Below, one piece after another: positions 1 through 14,865 of a stretch of DNA of 64,000 nt. Source of the DNA: Eledone cirrhosa (lineage: Eukaryota); contig OZ024742.1 in assembly GCA_964016885.1 (NCBI GenBank), forward strand, positions 170,500,001-170,564,000, in the 5' to 3' direction. The first letter of the stretch is position 1, and each line of letters starts with the position of its first letter. The notes beneath the pieces were generated by a model. The model had not been told where the DNA came from, ran no database searches, and was given only the letters and a program-made list of their open reading frames with translations. A program made the position numbers and the translations under genes.

Positions 1-7
1 CCCTGTC

Positions 8-400
8 ATGCTTCTCAGGAATTTGGAACCTCGAAGGCTTTCCAACAGCACGCGTCTGGTCGTCCAAAAGGCGATGTCTCATGTTATTGAGGCAACAATA
101 CTTACAGGATGTGTTAAGGAGGATACTGTCTTCATACCAAGGATACCTCTCATTCCATCCGGTAAAGACATTCCTTTCACATTCAGAAGGCTGCAATTCC
201 CTCTCTGGCTCAGTTTCGCCATGTCGATTAACAAATCACAGGGTCAGATGCTGACGGTCGTAGGGCTTAATTCAGAAGAACCATGCTTCTCCCATGGTCA
301 ACTATAAGTTGGCTGCTCTCGAGTGGAGAGCCGACATAACCTATTTGCTTTTGCAACTCGCGAGAAAACCCAAAATATAGTCTACAAGTCTATAAGTAAT
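8..400 (+). pseudogene. Helitron RepHel PIF1-family helicase C-terminal fragment (stop at 307)
   Basis: MLLRNL...TRLVV...FIPRIPLIPS...FRRLQFPL.LSFAMSINKSQGQ.L..VGL....PCFSHGQL are typical PIF1/Helitron helicase C-terminal motifs; premature stop where Y is expected. Confidence 0.9.
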
Positions 401-749
401 CGCTGTTTTTTTTTGTATAAGTGCTTACATTTGTTGTATCCGTGTGCTATTTTTGTCCCTTTGACTATACCACGTACGCCTCTGAGTTTGTTTTTACTAT
501 ACGTTATAAATGTTCAATGTCTCCGTTTTCCGCATTTATATGTTGCTATTACGCTTTGCTATCGATGTTCCGTAGTTTTAACCTAATTAATCTACTTTTC
601 CCTACATCTTATTTACACATTTATTTGACATTCCAGCGACCAAGGCCGTTTTTTTGGCCACCGACTGTTACATGCTTTTCTAGGTTACAATCTCAAATAA
701 CAAGCAAAGCAAATACGACACACCAAAGTGGTGTGATGGACTTCTTAAG

Positions 750-1140
750 GGCCACCACCTCTAATCGGAGTCGTCTTTGTTGATAGCTCTGCCGCTGGGA
801 CTTTTAAGAGGGAACGACCCAATGCCCTCTTCAGAGCCACCAAGTTTAAATTGTTACCATCGGATTCATCTTTGCTGGCAGCACCACCGCTGAGATATTT
901 CAAAGTGAACGTTAAAATGTCCTCTTCAGGGCCACCAACTATAAATTGTTATCGCTGGATTCGTCTTTGCTGGCAGCATCGCCGCTGAGACTATTAAGAG
1001 TGAACGATCCAAGGCTCTCTTTAGGGCCACCAACTTTAAATTGTTACCATTGGATTCGTCTTTGCTGGCAGCACCGCCGCAGAGATATTTCAAAGTGAAC
1101 GTTCAAAGGCCCTCTTTAGAGTCAACACCTATAAATTGTT
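750..1140 (+). repeat. ~95-bp tandem repeat (about 4 copies) inside Helitron
   Basis: GCCACCAA..TAAATTGTT...TCTTTGCTGGCAGCA recurs at ~836, 931, 1025, 1121. Confidence 0.8.
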
Positions 1141-1234
1141 ACTTCTGTAGTCGTGTTTAACGGAAGTCTTTCGGTTCATTTCAATGACTACTCCATTGAG
1201 AGTTACACCGGGAAACGCCGGGTACCTCCGCTAG

Positions 1235-1780
1235 TTTATAATATATAATATGTAATATATATTATATAATAAATACGTAATATATAATATATAACATATA
1301 ATGTGCAATATATAACATATAATGTGCAATATATAATATATATGTAATATATAATATATAATATATAACATATATAATTTGATATATAATATATATTTCA
1401 TATAATATAAAATATAGTATGTTATATAATATATAAGCGATATAATATTTGATATATACCATGTAATATATGACATGATAAATAATATATATGACATATA
1501 ATGTATATTTGATATATAATATACTATATAATCCATGGCATAATATTTGATATATAGTACATAATATATAATACTTTATATATAATATATAATAAATAAT
1601 ATCTAAAATGTGATATATAATATATGATACATAATGCATAATGTACAATATATAATATATAATATATAATATATAATAAATAATATATAAAATGTCATAT
1701 ATAATATATGTTATATAATATATAATATACAATACATGATAAATTATATATAATGTATGATATAAAATATATAATATATA
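1235..1780. repeat. Degenerate (TA/TAA)-rich low-complexity tract
   Basis: Almost only ATATA/TATAA variants. Confidence 0.9.
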
Positions 1781-1881
1781 TTTCCATTTAGAATGCATGG
1801 TTCTCATTTGTGATGGTTATTGTTATCTGGGTAATGTGTATGTGATAACATTTTCCAGTAAATAAAAAAAATGATATATGC

Positions 1882-1922
1882 CTTAAATCAATTTTCAAGC
1901 CTTGTTGGATTCTCATCAGAAG
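1882..1922 (-). ncRNA. Degenerate minimal type I hammerhead motif (family L)
   Basis: rc: ctt CTGATGA g aatcc aacaa ggctt GAAA attgat TT aag; a 3' half GAAAATCGATTCAAGG lies on + at ~2115-2131. Confidence 0.5.
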
Positions 1923-2247
1923 CCATGTACATCATCTAAACAACCATAAGGAAATACGTAACTGGAGGGGCTTATATACCCTCTAACGTATAGTAATGGA
2001 GGTTCTAATGGACGTACTAATTTGCATATGAAGTATTAGCATATAAAAACCTCTAAGTTTCATATTTCCTTGTGGTTATTTAGAAGATATACATTTAGAA
2101 GATATACTAGGTTAGAAAATCGATTCAAGGGATTAACGATGTTTTCAATTTACAGAGAAATAGGTATATTTTATATGTTTACATGTCAAACATACTAAAA
2201 ATATGTTAAATCATATACACTTTTATGCAGTCTAAGTTACGCTTATT

Positions 2248-2326
<79 letters not shown>

Positions 2327-2435
2327 TAATTTAATAATAAATATATATGTAAAAGGTAAACAGAAATAACAACACAATCGGTACAGTATATGGAAGGTAT
2401 ATATTAGGTTAACGCTTGATATAGCAGGAAGAGGG

Positions 2436-2471
2436 TCTTAACGTTTTGGACGCTAGTCCTTCATCAGAAGA
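2436..2471 (-). ncRNA. Minimal hammerhead motif (family I), GAAA mutated to AAAA
   Basis: rc: tctt CTGATGA a ggac tagc gtcc aAAA cg TT aaga; homologous to 19459-19494. Confidence 0.55.
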
Positions 2472-2701
2472 AAGAATGAGAAATAAAATAGATTAAATGG
2501 ACGGGCGGGATGGAATTGGAAAAAATGTGTTTAGATAAAAATAATAGGTCCATTCATATTGACATCTCTTGCAAAACTGTTGGTGCCGGCGTTTTGTATA
2601 TGATTTATTTTTTAGAAAAGTGGATGATGGCACGCGTCTACCAGACATGGACAATTAACCGTTTTGTAAAAAGAGCTATACTTGAGCACGTGCGTAAGCA
2701 T

Positions 2702-2745
<44 letters not shown>

Positions 2746-2927
2746 ATAGGTCTGTACGAAGCTAAGAAGAAATGTGTGTGTATATGTGAGTAAAAGAGTG
2801 TGTGTGCATGTAAGTACGAAGCTATGAGCAAAGAGAAAGCGATAGGAATCTAGGGATGTGATAATGGACGGGGTATTAGAGAAATTGATATATATATATA
2901 CTAACTGCATGTTACATTCCCTATATA

Positions 2928-3939
2928 TCTACTATATAAATTGGAAGTGGTCGGACGTTGTATATGTAGGTGTAGTCGGATAAATGTCGAAACGGCTTGG
3001 TGGAATGCAGCGAAAATTTACACAGTTATGCAGAATGACCCGAGGAGGCGTTGAGTCGACTTTCAAGCTACAAGCTTCCATGGTTACAGAGAAAATCGAT
3101 GAAACAGGAATTTCCCATTCAACTGAGAATAATCTGTGAACGCAGAAGTAAATATTTCGAGAAACGTTGCAACCGAACGAAAACAAGAAGGCGATATTTT
3201 GGTTCGTGAAGACGTTCCCTGGCAATGAACGGAAAAAAGCGAGGACAATACGTCGTTATGTGGAGCGAGAAGACCAAGTTTATGGTATAAATGGAGTCGT
3301 TAGACTAATATTCTATTTAAAATAACAGAATGATTTCCAGCCCCGGAGTTTAAGAATGATGTAAATAAAATTGAAAACGAAAATGACAGAGGTTATTAAA
3401 ATAGTAAAAGTAAATAGTGAAGATTTAGGCCAGTACATACATATGCCCCGACGGACATACACATACATACGCACACACAAATACACACACACCCACAACA
3501 CACACATGCGCGCGCGCGTATGTATAAACCTTATGCATTTCTACAGTATTTTCACCAAACTTAAGACATAGGTTACTCCGGATGGTCATGGGCACTTTCA
3601 CTTTTTCAGATATTGATTATAGGGCCTCCCGGCAGATAACCCCCTTTAACCACTTCGACTGAAGCACTGCAGTGCAATACAACAAAACGTCTTAACTTCT
3701 GGAGTTCACAACCGATTTTCACAAAACTTGATACATGGGCTACGTTTGTCCTACAGATGAATGTGAACTCTCAGAATTGGCACATATTGAGTAGGGGACC
3801 CCTGGGGGCAGGAACGCCCTTTTGGGAAAAGCCGATGATTTTGTAAAAGTATAGTTTTCGAAGCAGCACTGAAGTATTGACATAAATGGTATACACAACT
3901 AGTATTTAATACCCGAGCAACGCCGGGTACCTCTGCTAG
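2928..3939 (+). mobile_element. Non-autonomous Helitron carrying a Penelope 3'-region fragment
   Basis: 5' TCTACTATATAAA; 3' CCCGAGCAACGCCGGGTACCTCTGCTAG; 3130-3310 resembles the reverse complement of the Penelope 3' region ~19030-19212. Confidence 0.75.
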
Positions 3940-4454
3940 TATATATATATATATATTTATATATTTAAATACATTTATAGACATATAGTATATAAACACA
4001 GAGTATATATTGTGTATATCAACCATAATAATAGGCTGTGTGTTTTTGTATATTTATATATATTATGTCTATAACTCTTTAACATTTACACACACAAGCA
4101 CACACTCACGTACACACGATGTCAGTCAACTTGCTACAATAAAAATAAAAATATGTTACTCTTACATATAACCCTGCATGTCATTTGTACATATATTCAA
4201 AACATTTATGTAATTATACCCTAGAAATATATTATTATAATATCAGTTTTATTTTTAATCATGTCAACGTGTCAGTAAACAATATGAATTATAGGGTTTC
4301 TCTAATGCAAACTATTAATTTATCAAAACACAAATTTCCCAATCTGTATGATTGTTCATATATTCAGTAATCCTAGTATATATGTGACACCAATCTTTGA
4401 CTTCAAAAATAAAATACATTCAACGCTATTGTCGCCATTATTGTTAGATATAAT

Positions 4455-4631
4455 GGATTGGCAGTATCGGTAGAGGGTCGGACGCCATGCTTTCAGCATA
4501 GTTACGTCCCTTTACGATCTGAGTTCAAATCCCGCCGAGGTTGACTTTGCCTTTCATCCTTACGGGGTCGATAAAATAAAGTACCAGTAATGCACTGGGT
4601 AATTGCTGGCCTTGTGCCTAAAGTAGAAACA
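4455..4631 (+). mobile_element. tRNA-derived SINE with 18-bp target-site duplication
   Basis: B-box-like GAGTTCAAATCCC; core GCCTTTCATCCTTACGGGGTCGATAAAATAAAGTACCAG (resembles the Meta/MESC SINE domain); TSD ATTATTGTTAGATATAAT at 4437-4454 and 4632-4649. Confidence 0.85.
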
Positions 4632-4938
4632 ATTATTGTTAGATATAATATATTCCTTTGACGTTAACATCCCTGTTCATTCTCTCTACACGAGGTGTTA
4701 ATTCATGACGGTGGAGTAAGTGGTGATATTTAGAAATTAGAAAGAATAGTTGGGAACAGTACCGGGATTTTTGCCAAAAGAAAACACTGGATGGCACTGC
4801 GCTCCCAGCCTACTTTTAAATGGTGCACCTTCACATCTAGAAAAAATATGTATTATTATATATTGTTATATTGCGGGATGGTGCTGCCAATAAAACACAC
4901 ACGCACCTATTGGTATTCACTTCAATTGTTTATTTATT

Positions 4939-4981
4939 GTCAAAGCTCCTTCGTCACACATTCTGTGACCTCCTCAGCGAC
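4939..4981 (-). ncRNA. Hammerhead motif (family G), GAAA mutated to GAAG
   Basis: rc: gtcg CTGAGGA g gtcac agaatgt gtgac GAAG gagc TT tgac; flank 4861-4930 resembles 31116-31190 and 43030-43110. Confidence 0.55.
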
Positions 4982-6704
4982 TGATTTGTTATTATGTGTC
5001 TCTCCTTTGTTTTGTCCTACACCATCTTGTTTTTGTGTGTTATTATATACTTATTCCGAAACTCGGCCTTAGCATTATTATGAATTAGAGTGTACATTCA
5101 GAATGTTCTGAAGTCCCCACCCCATCCTGTATAGTGCAAAAAGTGGGGCAGAGGGTGCCACAGCCCAGAGCAACCATATTAGAGCAGGTGGTGGCGGCAG
5201 CCAACGAAAGAGTCGTGCAGGGTTTTTCATATAATAAGGCAACTTCTGCGGTCAGATCAAAAGGCTGAGAAATTTATTAACTTGAAATACAATGCTTATG
5301 CTCAGACAAACTTCCCGTGGCTGATTTTATATTAATTTGAAGTGTTTATTTCATGTTTCATCTTTTTTTACATATTTAAAGTGTCTTCTGTGCTTACATT
5401 TCTCTGTACTAGGCCATATACTTGAGTTTTAGGGGTATACAATCAATGAGTTGCCCCAGGAATTACCAAACCACTGCATGCCATTGGAGGTAGTTCTAGT
5501 TATAAGAAGTGGAACGGGCTAATTGGTATAAAAAGGTGAACTCAGTTTAAAATATTTAGAAATAGTATGTGCATAATTTATCCTACATATTTTAATTAAA
5601 CTGAATTAGAATTATAAGCTTTGGCCATATTTCTTTAAACCAAAGAAAATAGTCTAATAACGATGCATATAAACCCCCTGAACAGAAAAAGATGGGGGCT
5701 TATATTCTCTTTAAACTGTACTTATATTCTCCGTAATCAGACTATTTTCTTTAGTCAAAATTACGGCAAAAGTTTCTAATCCTACTTCAATTTTCAAATT
5801 CCGCTCGCCGTCTTCCAAATACATATGCTTTCTTTATTTCAATTAAATTATATAATGTATGCAATATAAAAAACAGAAAGCAAAAACACTACTACAGTAC
5901 TTTATTGTGAATGTTGTTGTTGTTGTTCTATTATTTTTAAAACTCGTTAGTTGTCAGCCGATGCTAAATCAAAGTGAGGCTGACCGGAAGTTTTATTCTT
6001 TCTATGTACAAGTGGTCACCTAAAAGTGTTGCGTTCTTTTACTACTAAGATGTCGAACAGAGCAGTCGACATCCTGTCTAATATTGTTTATAGCACTGTT
6101 ATTTGAAGCTTATCATTTCCCTTTGTCCTTCATTCGGTCAAGTTTCTTTTGCAGGTGGAGACACTTTCCATTAACGTGTGTTGTATACACGCTCCTAAAA
6201 ATATATAGCCTCCCGTTTTCTTCTTCTTCTTCGTGAAAAAAAACCACCATAATGATTTACCGTATGTCGCCTTACACGAAACTCCGGTGTATTAGACTCG
6301 CCACAGTTTATGAGGTAATAATCAGAAAAAAAACACAGTTGCCTAAAAAAAAAACAACAAAAAACATTTGCTTCATAACAAGTAATATTTCAGTGAAATC
6401 TAACCTTTAGCTTGAAATCCTTACTAATTGTGACGAATTAGTCATAAACCAGGATGGAGTAGTAAATATAAATCAAATGTATGTAAAATACAGGAATAAA
6501 GTTAGATTTGATTTATATGTAGGTTAAAATACACGATAGGCCTAGTGTTCACCTGTTGAACACTTTATTTTAGCTTGAAATCTTCACTCTAAACTTATAA
6601 CCACTGTCATTGACCTTCAGCTTATAGGATGCAGATGGCTTTTTAGAGACATTCTATAGGTAAAAATATGCGTCTAATACGTTAATTCTTTACCAAAATC
6701 CAAG

Positions 6705-7045
6705 GCCTTCTCACTCCTGCTGGAGGAATCTGTCCCTGGTTGACCTTCACTGCTTCCTATCTCTGCACACATTGGACCATGTGGACCGTAGTATCATTGC
6801 GTCATCTGGCTATTGGTTGCCCTTTGGTTCTTCCTCTACTGCCTTGGTGCCTGACCATTCTGTCACTCTAATAGTCCACCTATTGTCTGTGAAACGAGAG
6901 ACGTGGCCAGCCCATCTATGTTTGCCCTTCTTGATGGTCTCGAGTATATTCTTCACGCCTGTCTGCTGCCGAATCCAGGTGTTTCTCTTCCTGTCATGTA
7001 AGGTGATGCCGAGCATGGTTCGCTCCATTTTACATTGGGCCATTG
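6705..7045 (-). mobile_element. RTE-clade LINE 3' fragment
   Basis: ORF 6810-7043 MERTMLGITLHDRKRNTWIRQQTGV...KHRWAGHVSR..DNRWT..VTEW is typical of the RTE ORF2 C-terminus. Confidence 0.85.
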
Positions 7046-7118
7046 GATATTTTTTACCTGTGCCTCCTAAATCTATTTTGTTACTGACTCATCCTGAGAC
7101 GATTATTCCCAAATCACA

Positions 7119-7157
<39 letters not shown>

Positions 7158-7569
7158 ACACACACATATATATATATATATATGTTGCAGCGAGTGTCTC
7201 TGGCCATCGCCCGGGGGAATGTTTTTGTCGTCTTGTCAGCGGGGCGCAGCTCTTCTGCTCTCTTGCCCTAGGCCCAAAGACAAATCACCCTCACTCTTCA
7301 CCCCCCCCCCTCTCTTCTGCGACACCAGAGCACTTGCCATCCCCTCCCCTTCCCGCTCTTTTTCTTCTTTCTTTCTCTCTTTTTTTCTATATTTCCCTAT
7401 TCTTTCTTTCCTTTTGTCAGCCCCCCCCCCCTTTATTATTTCTATATTGAAAATAAAAATGTCAATATTTCATTTATAATATTATTAATATTCGATTCAT
7501 TTGCAAGCAAACAACTTCATAATGCTGTGTGTTTTAGACGACTATCGTTATCCTTTTGTTCTAGCGGTA

Positions 7570-7606
<37 letters not shown>

Positions 7607-7811
7607 AATCGACAATTGTTTTAGGCTTATTGTCCCTATGAGGCTGTTTGTTTGCAAACTCAATGCGCGGGGAGATGCAGAGTGGGTATAGCGATCTGTA
7701 CAATCCAGACCGCGGTACCAAGCGGTTTCGGCTTGTGTGTTCGTTCGCACAAACCGAAACCGCTCGACGCCGCGGTCGGGATTTTACATACCCGCCCTCT
7801 CTCTCTCTCTC

Positions 7812-7858
<47 letters not shown>

Positions 7859-7878
7859 GATCATACCATAGCTACGTG

Positions 7879-7928
<50 letters not shown>

Positions 7929-8039
7929 CACATGCGTAGCTATGGTATGGTCCCATAACTCCTGATGGGGTCGCAGGTGTGTCGTATTAACATACGGCGT
8001 TTTTTTGGTCAGTTTAAGCCTGGCGGAGTCCATCTCCTC

Positions 8040-8270
8040 TCCAGGCCTGAGTAGAGCAGATTTCTCCCACAGATGGAGAGAAGGTGAGAAAGAGATATTG
8101 AGGAAGAATCGACCTCAGTACTAGAGAGGTACTTTTTTTTTATCGACCTCGAAAGGATGAAAGCAAAGTTGACCTCGGTGGGATTTGAACTTAGTAAGCA
8201 GATAGTCAGAACGAATATCACAGGACGTTCTATCGAAAATTCTAACGAACGACTCTGCCAGTTTGCCGCC
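8040..8270 (-). mobile_element. SINE of the same family as 4455 (reverse)
   Basis: TTATCGACCTCGAAAGGATGAAAGCAAAGTTGACCTCGGTGGGATTTGAAC is the reverse complement of the SINE core. Confidence 0.7.
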
Positions 8271-9347
8271 CATACTTACATAAATCCCTTTCCTAAGACC
8301 ACTAGACATATTCTAAAATATTTACTGGTTTGCAAGGAATTTCATGTCATTTTTCATCTAGCAGGCCGGAAATGTCGACATATGTTTATTTCAAAATAGT
8401 TTTACAATCATATTGCTTGTAATCTTGACATTCTAATTATCTTCCTTCCTTTATACACATTTCCACTTAAAAGAATGAAGGCATGTGCTTTAAGGTTTAG
8501 GGGTGTAGAACTCACGAGCGTGAATTCGATTCTCGGTCAGAGTGGTGCGTTGTGTTCTTCAGCAAGACATTTCATTTCATGTTGTTCCAGTCCACTCAAC
8601 TGGAAAAAAAACATTAGTTGTGAACATACTTGTGTCAAGCTGTATCGGCCTTCGCCTTTCTCTTGGACAACATCATATATATAGTGTATCTATAATGTAT
8701 CTATAGTGTATATATAGCGTGTATATAGCGTGTATATATAATCTATATACCGTGTATATATAGACAATATAGTGTATGTATGAGATGTGACAACACTGGT
8801 GCCAATCTCTATTGGCCTTTGTCTTTCCAACAAACGACTTCATCCTTGTGATGAAGGCGGATGAGTTGAAGCTCGGCACCCAGTTTCCAAGTAATGGTCG
8901 GACGAGGTTTTGAGAGCCACAAACGTTACTCTTTTTCGATGAGAATCATGGACATATAGGGTTTATATATGATGCACTCGGCAGATTACAAGTGTCCTAC
9001 GCGGAAGAATAAACCCTACGTATGATGGACTTTGGAACGGCATGGAGTACCCTACCTACTATATATGTATATTATACACACACACACACATATATATATA
9101 TATATGTATACATATATATGTATGTATATACTAATAAGAAAAAAGGACGAAGTGTTAGAACTTCATTACGTTTATTGAGGTGAGGAAAATGTGAGAAATC
9201 CTAGGTACAGCTAGGTATATTTGAAAAAAAGGAAAATAATGACTTCAACAATTTAATTTACAATTTTTTTAGAATTAAATTGTTTAGAACTACAAGTGAA
9301 GTCATTCTTTTCCTATTTTCTCTCTCTCTCTCTCTCTCACTCACTCA

Positions 9348-10308
<961 letters not shown>

Positions 10309-10317
10309 TATATATAT

Positions 10318-10745
10318 AAGAGTATAAATATTTAATATAGAAATGGCTTCTACAGGATTAGATCTGAGGATTATTATTTATATATATATAGGGCGGTGGA
10401 TTGGCAGTATTGGTAGAGGGTCGGACGCCATGCTTTGACGTATAGAGTTACGGCCCTTGCCATTCTGAGTTCAAATCCCGCCGAGGTTAACTTTGCCTTT
10501 CATCCTTACGGGGTCGATAAAATAAAGTACCAGTAATGCACTGGGTAATTGCTGGCCTTGTGCCTAACGTAGAAACAATTATTTATATATATATATATAT
10601 AAATGTTCTACAGGACTAGAACTGTTTCATTCGCAGGAAATCCTCAGTTCTAATCCTGTAGAAGGCATTTCTATATTAAATATTTTTACTCTGCTATGTA
10701 TTGAGTACCTTATTTACTGTAGTTAACCTCAATTGAACCCGGCAT
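10318..10745. mobile_element. HHR family F fold-back element interrupted by a SINE
   Basis: rc of 10605-10647: CTGAGGA tttc ctgc gaat GAAA cag ttctagtc ctg TA gaa; tail ACTCTGCTATGTATTGAGTACC shared with the copies at 26431, 51203 and 63141. Confidence 0.7.
10391..10580 (+). mobile_element. tRNA-derived SINE
   Basis: Same core as 4455; flanked by duplicated ATTATTTATATATATATA. Confidence 0.85.
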
Positions 10746-10933
10746 ACACCCCCTTCCATATATAACAACACAATATATAACTACTCCATTATCAAAGGTT
10801 TCAGGACCCTAGAAATTATTAACATACGTCTAGTTCGCTCATCAGACAGAAGGGTTAATTAAATAGCTCTGTTTTATACATAGAGCACTCTTTTTTCCTT
10901 TGCCTTTTCTTCGGAAATACTTAACACATACAT

Positions 10934-10970
<37 letters not shown>

Positions 10971-11215
10971 CACGTGTGAGCGCGGTGTGTGTGAGCTATA
11001 ATTTATTATAGTTTCTCATATCAGACATAACATATCATAATTCATAACTGTTTATTTATCACTTTTAACCAACAGAAGGATTACATTTAGTATCATTAAG
11101 TGGAACATTTTAGCAGGAAGTTCAATGGTGATATTTTATCATCTTAACAATGTCCTTCTTTTTTAACACCATACTACAGATATTAATATAATAGCTAGTA
11201 GTCTCTCTTCCTGTT

Positions 11216-11252
<37 letters not shown>

Positions 11253-11263
11253 TGGTAGTAGTA

Positions 11264-11306
<43 letters not shown>

Positions 11307-11317
11307 TGGTAGTAGTA

Positions 11318-11366
<49 letters not shown>

Positions 11367-11401
11367 TAGTAGTAGTAGTAGTAGTAGTAGCAGTAGTAGT
11401 G

Positions 11402-11483
<82 letters not shown>

Positions 11484-11518
11484 TAGAAGTATTAGTAGTA
11501 GTAGTGGTAGTGGTAGTG

Positions 11519-11588
<70 letters not shown>

Positions 11589-11613
11589 TGGTAGTAGTAG
11601 TAGAGTAGTGGTG

Positions 11614-11645
<32 letters not shown>

Positions 11646-11775
11646 CGTCGTCGTAGTAGTAGAAGTAGTAGTAGTGGTAGTGGTAGTAGTAGTAGAAGTA
11701 GTAGTGGTGGTAGTAGTAGTAGTGGTAGTAGTGGTAGTGCTAGTAATAGTAGTAGTAGTAGTAGTAGTAGTTATT
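11216..11775. repeat. (GTA/GTG)n microsatellite
   Basis: Direct inspection. Confidence 0.95.
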
Positions 11776-11989
11776 GTTGTTGTTATAGTTGTGGCTGTCG
11801 TCATCGTTGCTGGTTTTTGTTATTGTTGTTGTCGTTGTTCGCTGAACAAAATTTTTTTTTTTTAAATTCAGTTTCATTCCTTTAAGCTTTTAATCGAACT
11901 ACCATTGTTGTTATAACTCTGACGTGTCGTAGGATTGACTGGCCTCCTACGAGGTTATATCTCTTACGAAGTTTCTCAGCTATTTTAAG

Positions 11990-13145
11990 AGATATAGAGG
12001 AAGAATCAACACAAGTACATGACTGAAACTTTCTTTTATCGACTTGAAACAGATGAAAAGTGAAGTTGACCTCGGCGGGATTTGAGTACAAAACATTCTA
12101 TCTGACTTTCTAACGTCTTTGCCAATTCATAAACAAAGTATGTATGTGTGGTCCTGTAACTCCTGATAGAGTTGTAGAGGCGCCGTAGTGACATACGGCG
12201 TTTCATAGGGCATTTTAAGCATGGCGGAGCCCATCTCTCCAGGCCTAAGTACAGCAGATTTCTTCCAGAGAAAGATAGAAAGTGATAGAGAAGAAATGAG
12301 AAAGAGATATAGAGAAAGAATCGGTACTTTTTTATCGACCTCGAAAGGATAAAAGGCAAAGTTGACCTGGGCGGTATTTGAACACAGAGAGCCGGAACGA
12401 ATTCCATAAAGCATTCTATCCGACATTCTAGCGACTCCGCCAATTCGTTGCCTATAAACAAAGTATGCTGTCATTTAAACGACATAGCATTTATTGTACA
12501 AAATAATGTGGATATTTACGTTAATCTGCGTAAACTGAAATTTTGTTTAGTTTGGTTATCAGTTACGCCATTACAAAATAAATGTTTTAATTATTTTGTA
12601 TTCTGATCATACTTGCGATTTATTTGCCAATTTTTAATGAAGATTTTTTGGCAACATTAGTAGAACGTAGAGTCGTTAGAACGTTGGATAAAATGCTCAG
12701 CACTCTGAGTTCAAATCCCGCCGAGGTCAACTTTGGCTTTGCCTTTCATCCTTTTGAGATCGATAAATAAAGTACCAATTCAGTACTGGCTTGATTCATC
12801 CTCTATATCCCTTTCTCACTTATTTCTATTTCTGTCACTCTCTCTCCTAGTTGAAATGGGCTGTTCAGATTTAGAGAGGAGATGGGCTCTATCAGGTTTT
12901 AAAAAGTGCCCCTACGATTCCATCAAGATTAGGGATGCATATGTACATTGATAAATCGTCGAACAAAATGCTTTGTGGTATTTAGTTACAACTTTCTACG
13001 TTCTGAGTTCAAATCTCGCTGAGGTCAAATTTGCCTTTCATCCTTTTGGGGTTGATAAAATACCAGTTAAATATTGGGGTCGATATAATCAATTTTCTTC
13101 TCTCCCCAAATTGCTGACCTTCTGCCTACATTAAGAAAGAATTAT
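11990..13145. mobile_element. Cluster of older SINE copies (two minus, two plus)
   Basis: SINE core in reverse at ~12035-12090 and ~12325-12385; forward at ~12705-12780 and ~13000-13070. Confidence 0.7.
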
Positions 13146-13229
13146 TGTAAAGGGCATAAAAACAGCTTGTTCATCAATAGTTAGGATTAACAAAAAAAAA
13201 ACAACAACAAAAAAAACAACAAAATTAAC

Positions 13230-14530
13230 GAGTTGCATACGAAGTCTTTAGTTCGAAGAAAAATCGACAGCTAATTTGTTTAAATAAATGGAAAGTACGT
13301 GTATGTTTTTGTAAAGATTCAGTTACAGTTTATATAACGTACGATCTTGAACACTACTATTTGACCAAACATAAAAAATATGTTAAACTAAACGGATTGC
13401 GTTTAGATAAACTAACATTTAAAAAAGAATCTTTATACAAACAACAATCTCTTTTCTAAATATAAATTAACGAAAATACTTCCATAACGCAAACAAGTGA
13501 AACCACACATCGAAGGCAATTATTAACGAGTGTATAGTTGCTGGTGCACGAATTTTATCTCTTTTTGAGAATATTAGTTTATCACAGAAAGCAGTTTCTG
13601 ACTGAATAAAAAGACACGGCTAACAATCTCTAAGTAGTCTTCAAATAAGCAACACCATCAAAGTGTATAATTTATTCCATAGCTAGAGATTAGACATTAG
13701 ATATTGTAAATATAGCACAGTAAGCTATATTTGTATATTGGATAACAGTAAACTCTACGATATGAGAATACTTACTTATTTTAATATCAATGTATTGGAC
13801 TATCAGCTGTAAAGATGTTTATTTCTAAAATCAAGTTAGAAATAAGTAATTACACCCAACATAAAACATAACGGTGTAGCAAGGGGCGGCGCAACATTTA
13901 TGGTAGAATCTCAGAAGGGGTCTTATTTCTTTAATCAAGAAAGAATCAGAGAACCATCAAGTGAATTTTTATTCCTCAATAATGTGTTATTTTTTAATTC
14001 ACCAACCCTATTTATGTGCATATTTATTAAGAATAAGCAATGCGATGACTGTGGTAACAAAATGTGTTAATTTTATAAATACTAAAGGATTGAACAACAG
14101 AAAATTTAAAAAAATCTTGAAGCACCTCGAAGCGAAATATGGTAATTTATTGTACCACAGCGAAGAGCGCTGGCTAAGCAAAGAGCGCATGCTTAAACAG
14201 TTTCACCTGCTAAAAGATGAACTGAAACTAATGGTTGCTAAAGGTATTCCCATTCTGAAATTGAAGAGTAAAAAATGGTTAGATGATTTGACAAATATGG
14301 TCGATATCACTAACCACAAAAATTATCGAAGTTCAAAATTGCAAGGGCTAAATAAGTTTACTTCACTTCTAACCACTATCAGGAATTTTGAATCAGTGTT
14401 GGTAAATCAACTAAATGACCATTTTCCAACATTGAAAGAACAGAAACCAGAATCGATGGCGGAATATGCTGAACAAAAATATGGCAATATTTTGGATAAA
14501 TTTCAAAAGAAGCTTCAAGATTTATAAACT
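13230..14530 (+). pseudogene. Degenerate hAT transposase (SPIN/GTF2IRD2-like)
   Basis: ORF 13961-14527 has V.K.VNFI...GLN.R.F...L..LEA.YG.LLYHSE.RWLS..RML..F..L..E and WL.DL..MVDIT.H. Confidence 0.8.
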
Positions 14531-14865
14531 CCTACCTTCGACTAAAACTATACAAAACTGTTTTTGATATGATACTACATGAAACTAGTAACTCGGTATA
14601 ATTCATAAAACCGGATAATACTTTGATATTAAAACAGTACAGTAGAAGAAGCTTTTTGTGATCATTTTTGGATGACGCCTTTTGGATAACAATAAGCGTT
14701 TGGTAATATTTAGCAGAAGAAATAACCGCATTCCGAGCCTATTAGGAACCCACTAATTTTGATAATAATAAACCGTTAGTAATATCAAGCAGAGGATATA
14801 ACCATATCCCGGAACCTACTAATTTTGGTAATAATAACCGGTTGATAATATTAAACAGAAGACGA

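Larger units (their letters stand above)
1..1234 (+). mobile_element. Helitron 3' portion (PIF1-like helicase C-terminus, subterminal repeats, 3' hairpin + CTAG)
   Basis: Helicase motifs in ORF 8-307; ends CCGGGAAACGCCGGGTACCTCCGCTAG (CTAG 1231-1234) followed by T, the same terminus type as at 3939, 47774 and 49901. Confidence 0.85.

Noticed and set aside
4455-4540. tRNA gene suggested by the GTTCAAATCC B-box
   Set aside because: It is the head of a multi-copy SINE with TSDs; no cloverleaf
10785-10850. Minus-strand CTGATGA...GAAA candidate hammerhead
   Set aside because: Stem II base and stems I/III do not pair convincingly; possibly a decayed copy
11163-11865. Poly-T/L/V ORFs
   Set aside because: (GTA)n microsatellite
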